Shown here: positions 60,229 to 64,000 of the stretch, piece by piece
How the letters are laid out: every line of letters starts with the position of its first letter
Numbering within the stretch: position 1 is the first letter of the stretch
Assembly: GCA_965248535.1 (NCBI GenBank)
Contig: CBDFJR010000002.1
Coordinates: forward strand, 768,001 to 832,000
Reading direction: 5' to 3'
DNA length: 64,000 bases
Source of the DNA: Phormidesmis sp.
Lineage (GTDB): Bacteria > Cyanobacteriota > Cyanobacteriia > Leptolyngbyales > Leptolyngbyaceae
Notes under the pieces: model-generated
What the model saw: the letters and a program-made list of their open reading frames with translations, nothing else
What the model was told of the DNA's origin: nothing
Database searches by the model: none
Position numbers and translations under genes: made by a program

Positions 60229-61701
60229 ATGCGTCGTCCTCGATTGTTTGCACCTTTAGGAGCACTGAAAACCCGTTACCGAACCATGCAAGATCAGGTC
60301 GAACAAGATCTGGAAACTAAAGCAACAGGGCTACCCGCCGCTGGCAACTGGACAAAGCGACTGACGCAAGTGATTCTGCTAGGAGTCACGGTTGGGGTTG
60401 GCTGGTCAGTGTTGGCGCGAGTAGATGTGGTCGTCAACGCCAGTGGTAAATTAGAGCCACAGTCCCAGTCTCAAGTGGTGCAGGCGAGAGCAGGCGGAGT
60501 CGTGACGGCGGTGCTAGTGCGCGAAGGTGAATCAGTGAAACAAGGGCAACTGTTGATGCAGTTCGATCGGACATCACTACTCAATCGACTGCAAGAGTTG
60601 TTGCTTCAACGTCAGAGACTGGTGAAAGAAATAGCGGTGCTGCGAGTTGCCCAACAGGGAAAATCATTGCCAACGGCGGGAAAGAGCAATCTTGAGATCT
60701 CACCCGAACTGACGAGCCAGGTGCAGACGCGCTTGCTGTTGGTGGCTCAACTCACCGGAAACCCCAGCAGTCTTGCGCCCGATCAGCTTCGACGATATAA
60801 CCTCTTTCAACAGCAATTGCGCGATCGTCAATCGCTCAGTCAGCTACAAAAGTCCACGTTGCTAACCAAAATAGCTGACTCTGATGCCCAGATTACTCAA
60901 ACTCAGTTTCAGCTACAGCGAGAGCAAGAACTGCTGGCAAATTTGCGCCCATTAGTCCAGCAAGGTGCGATTCCTCGTGTCACCTTGTTGCAGCGTGAAG
61001 TCGGAGTTGGCGATCTGCAAAAACAACTGATCCAGAATCGGCTGCAAAAAGAGCAGGTAGAAATCGGGCAACTGCAAACCAGAGTTGAAGACAGCAAACT
61101 GCTAAATGAAACCCAACAGGATTTGCAAAAACAGTTGGCAGAATTAGATGCCAAATTTGACTCCATTATTAAAGACAATCAGCGCCAGATGATTGAAGTA
61201 GACTCGCAGTTGAATCAAAGTCGGCTTGATCTCAAAAATCAGGGGTTGCGCGCTCCCACCGATGGAGTGGTGTTTGAACTGGGGTCAAAACTGCCGGGTG
61301 CCGTCACTCAGCCCGGTCAGACGCTGCTGCAAGTGGTGCCTAATGAGTCGTTGACAGCACGGGTGCAGGTAGCCAATGCTGATATCGCCAATGTTCGGGT
61401 GGGGATGCCTGTTGATGTTCGCATTGATGCTTATCCCTTCACTGAGTTTGGCTCTGTCAAAGGGGTAATCTCAAAAGTAGGCAGCGAAGCGGTTCCGGTG
61501 AGTCAGCAGTCCCCGCGATCGACCGTTTTCCCCATCGAAGTGCGGCTCGATCGCCAGTTTCTTGAGCGGCGATCGCAGCGATTTTCCCTCACACCGGGCA
61601 TGACCATCACGACTTTGATCAAAGTTCGTCAACGTGCGCCTATTAGTTATGTCACCGAAGAAATCACCAAGGCCTTTGATGGCATTAAATCTGTTCGCTA
61701 G
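60229..61701 (+). CDS. HlyD-family membrane fusion protein
   Basis: One TM, VREGESVKQGQLL, coiled coil, RAPTDGVV, DAYPFTEFG, LTPGM. GGAG RBS upstream. Confidence 0.92.
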   Translation: MRRPRLFAPLGALKTRYRTMQDQVEQDLETKATGLPAAGNWTKRLTQVILLGVTVGVGWSVLARVDVVVNASGKLEPQSQSQVVQARAGGVVTAVLVREGESVKQGQLLMQFDRTSLLNRLQELLLQRQRLVKEIAVLRVAQQGKSLPTAGKSNLEISPELTSQVQTRLLLVAQLTGNPSSLAPDQLRRYNLFQQQLRDRQSLSQLQKSTLLTKIADSDAQITQTQFQLQREQELLANLRPLVQQGAIPRVTLLQREVGVGDLQKQLIQNRLQKEQVEIGQLQTRVEDSKLLNETQQDLQKQLAELDAKFDSIIKDNQRQMIEVDSQLNQSRLDLKNQGLRAPTDGVVFELGSKLPGAVTQPGQTLLQVVPNESLTARVQVANADIANVRVGMPVDVRIDAYPFTEFGSVKGVISKVGSEAVPVSQQSPRSTVFPIEVRLDRQFLERRSQRFSLTPGMTITTLIKVRQRAPISYVTEEITKAFDGIKSVR

Positions 61702-61707
61702 CCGAAT

Positions 61708-61740
61708 TAATTGGAACTAGTAATAATTTGGTTCTAATTA
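61708..61740. promoter_or_regulatory. Paired inverted motif 4: TAATTGGAAC-N13-GTTCTAATTA
   Basis: Read directly. It is followed by TTGCCA-N16-TATAGT (61764-61791). Confidence 0.65.
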
Positions 61741-62266
61741 ATGCAATTTAATTCAAAAAGGGGTTGCCATTCGCTCGAAGTTTGTTATAGTAGTTGCAGG
61801 GCGACGATGGGACTCAGAAGAACTCAAATCTCCACTCTGCCCAAGCGTTTTAACTCTTTTCACTCACCTGCATCTACCGCAGAGATCTTAGCGACATGAT
61901 CGCCCTTAGAACCTTCTAAGCATAGACTCCACAGATTTCTGGGTGATTTTCTTGGCTTGTGCAAGATTGAGACTATTGTTTCTTAAGTCCATGATCACCG
62001 CTTCAGGGTGAAATCAGAGCATAGATTAATTCTGAAACCTTAGCAGGAATCAGATGTGCATAATCACTACTGTTCAATCAGCCTCTAATTTACGAAGTAA
62101 ACCTTTTGTAAATTATGGCAACACCTGCTATCAGAGCTAATCTATCTATCGTTGTTAAAACTGATTTCTACCTGCCAAAAATTGACTGATAAAACTCTAC
62201 ATCAGCCTTGATGTCAGCAGTTTAATCTTTGCAGACTGTCCTTTTTCTTAACCGTTAGGAGCCACT

Positions 62267-63658
62267 ATGGAAGCCTTAGACAACAAAGCTCTGTTAGAAA
62301 AGCAAAACTCGACTGGAATTGCAGATCCGACTCTTGGCACTGCAAACTCTAACCTTTCGACTAGCCAATCAAAAGGCTCTCTGGTGCAAGATGCAACGTT
62401 AGAACGATCGCTCAACAACTCACTCGCAGCCGACGAGCGCGAAACTCTTCCGGCTAACCTAGATGACCACGATCACGCGCCTGTTGTTGGCACTTTTCAG
62501 TTTCACGTCGAGCTAAGTCAAGTTGCCTCTGCTAGAGGGCTTGATGTGAGCAAACTGGTGCGTGAAGATTCCTTCAAAGATAACCTTGGCGCTAAGGGCG
62601 ACTACTTGAACCCCAGAGGTGGCAACAACGTCGTGATTGGGTCGGGTGACAGTGACATTATTCGCGGCACCGGGCGCGGCTTTAACACGATCACCACGGG
62701 CACGGGCAAAGACACGATCATTCTAGGGCCCGAAACGACCAACCGAGTGCTTGACTTTGATGCTGCCAGCGATCGCTTTGTGCTATCGGGACTGAACGCC
62801 AAAAACATCATCATTGCTCAAGGCAAAAACCCCGGTAAGGGAGGACTAGACCAACCTCTTGATTCGGTCAACAATACCCTGATCATTGACAAAAAAACAG
62901 AGCACATTCTTGCATCGTTGCCGTTTGTGAAAGCATCTGATCTGTCTGAAAAGAACTTTGCTCTCAACAGCCGTGAGGCAAACAGCAGCTTGGGAGACCT
63001 CAAAGAGTTAGGCTTTAAAACTCAGCGAGGAGATGGCAAACTCACAGGCACCCAGGGGCACGATCGCTTAATCGGGGGCAGCGGTGATGACTTCCTCTAC
63101 GTGGGCAATGACGGCTTTAAGACGGGGATTGCTAAGGGCACCGGCCCGACCGAGTTTCCTTTTCCTAATGACAGCCCTGGAGTCACAGAACTCAAGACTG
63201 AGCTAAAAGACGGAGTTCTCCGCATTAATGGCACCTACAAAAACTTTGATGCTGCGCCTCTGTTTAGCCAAGGCGAAACCACCATTGATCCTAACGCTAA
63301 GATCCTCAACGGCTCAGATCCTGTGTCGTTGGTAAACAACTTCTTGAAAGTTCCCAAAGATGTTGAGGGCAACCTGCTGTCTGGCACTCACTTGCACTTC
63401 AGCCCCTCTGAAGATAGTCGCGGCAACTTTGCTGATGCAACAGTTGTTCGCTTCTTAACTAACACTCCAACTGATGCCAAGTCGGGCACGATTTCGGGTC
63501 AGTTTAACCTAACTCCAACTGAGCAAGCTGCTTTCTTGGCAGGCGATCTCTATGCCAACGTTCACACCAACATTGATCTCGATAAGGATGGTAGAGCCGG
63601 ATTCCCCACCGGAGAAAACCGCGTCAACTTCAACAAAAATGTTGTGCAGTTTGTCTAA
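62267..63658 (+). CDS. Secreted RTX-repeat protein with a C-terminal CHRD-like domain
   Basis: GSGDSD/GTGKD/GGSGDD repeats, THLH...LxxxQxxAFLAGDLYANVHT...FPTGENR CHRD signature. AGGAG RBS. Confidence 0.8.
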   Translation: MEALDNKALLEKQNSTGIADPTLGTANSNLSTSQSKGSLVQDATLERSLNNSLAADERETLPANLDDHDHAPVVGTFQFHVELSQVASARGLDVSKLVREDSFKDNLGAKGDYLNPRGGNNVVIGSGDSDIIRGTGRGFNTITTGTGKDTIILGPETTNRVLDFDAASDRFVLSGLNAKNIIIAQGKNPGKGGLDQPLDSVNNTLIIDKKTEHILASLPFVKASDLSEKNFALNSREANSSLGDLKELGFKTQRGDGKLTGTQGHDRLIGGSGDDFLYVGNDGFKTGIAKGTGPTEFPFPNDSPGVTELKTELKDGVLRINGTYKNFDAAPLFSQGETTIDPNAKILNGSDPVSLVNNFLKVPKDVEGNLLSGTHLHFSPSEDSRGNFADATVVRFLTNTPTDAKSGTISGQFNLTPTEQAAFLAGDLYANVHTNIDLDKDGRAGFPTGENRVNFNKNVVQFV

Positions 63659-63703
63659 AATAACTGACCTCTTGCACCCCTGATCTCTAGGAGAACTAAT
63701 AAT

Positions 63704-63737
63704 CTCTCAGCCCTTCAAATTCGGAGGGCTGAGGATT
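63704..63737 (+). terminator. Hairpin after the CHRD gene
   Basis: CTCAGCCCT ... AGGGCTGAG followed by GATTTCT. Confidence 0.5.
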
Positions 63738-63796
63738 TCTCAAGAAGAGTGCAAGATCTCAGTTGATATCAGAACTCATTTTTCGTGGAGGTCACT

Positions 63797-64000
63797 ATGA
63801 GCCAGATTCAGGATATTTTGACGCTAGCGATCGCCAGCCTGCTGCTGGGCACCTCAACCGCCACTGCTCAGTATAATACTTCAAATGACGATAGCTCCTC
63901 TATGTCCCAAGTCACGACCCTGAATGGATATGAGATGAGTGCTGAGGCTCTCAATTCCAATCGGGCAACTGCTAGCGAAGATGCCTACTCCTTCACAATG
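63797..64000 (+). CDS. Exported protein, 3'-truncated by the window edge
   Basis: GGAGG RBS, MSQIQDILTLAIASLLLGTSTATA-Q signal peptide, open to the end of the window. Confidence 0.65.
   Translation, partial: MSQIQDILTLAIASLLLGTSTATAQYNTSNDDSSSMSQVTTLNGYEMSAEALNSNRATASEDAYSFTM

Noticed and set aside
56344..61701. Bacteriocin/RiPP export cluster
   Set aside because: The C39-like domain appears to lack the catalytic Cys context, I saw no double-glycine precursor or modifying enzyme, and the flanking genes encode RTX cargo.
1..64000. Very frequent GCGATCGC/CGATCG
   Set aside because: This is the well-known cyanobacterial HIP1 repeat and is useful only as a taxonomic indicator.

Overview
Cyanobacterial chromosomal DNA: the HIP1 octamer GCGATCGC is abundant throughout, and the gene set is typical of a filamentous, Leptolyngbya-like cyanobacterium (inferred). 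1-12.2 kb: the 3' part of a giant (>3650 aa) beta-helix/RTX adhesin with an inserted 7-repeat FG-GAP cassette, followed immediately by an outer-membrane beta-barrel gene. 12-26.7 kb: mostly housekeeping genes (sat, gor, def, ftsX, rps1, HAD hydrolase, FHA-PrsW protease) plus an unannotated truncated BrnT toxin with its intact partner gene. 26.8-43.6 kb: a GntR-controlled ureide/N-heterocycle uptake and catabolism locus (racemase, M20 amidohydrolase, Pot-like ABC operon with an embedded SLH porin), a frameshifted ClC-CBS-USP gene and a BMP-type nucleoside ABC transporter. 43.8-64 kb: an accessory cluster with an FHA-FAD/NAD-2Fe2S oxidoreductase, a membrane polyferredoxin, a Ser/Thr kinase-WD40, a PAS-only sensor, two unknown proteins, a PPIase-ABC-HlyD type I secretion system and RTX/CHRD secreted proteins. 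The main upstream regions of this cluster carry the same paired inverted motif TAATTAGAAC-N13-18-GTTCTAATTA (four pairs), which suggests one co-regulated and possibly undescribed signalling-redox-secretion system. Several GTAG-REP/MITE-like elements are present. No rRNA, tRNA, CRISPR array or transposase was seen.
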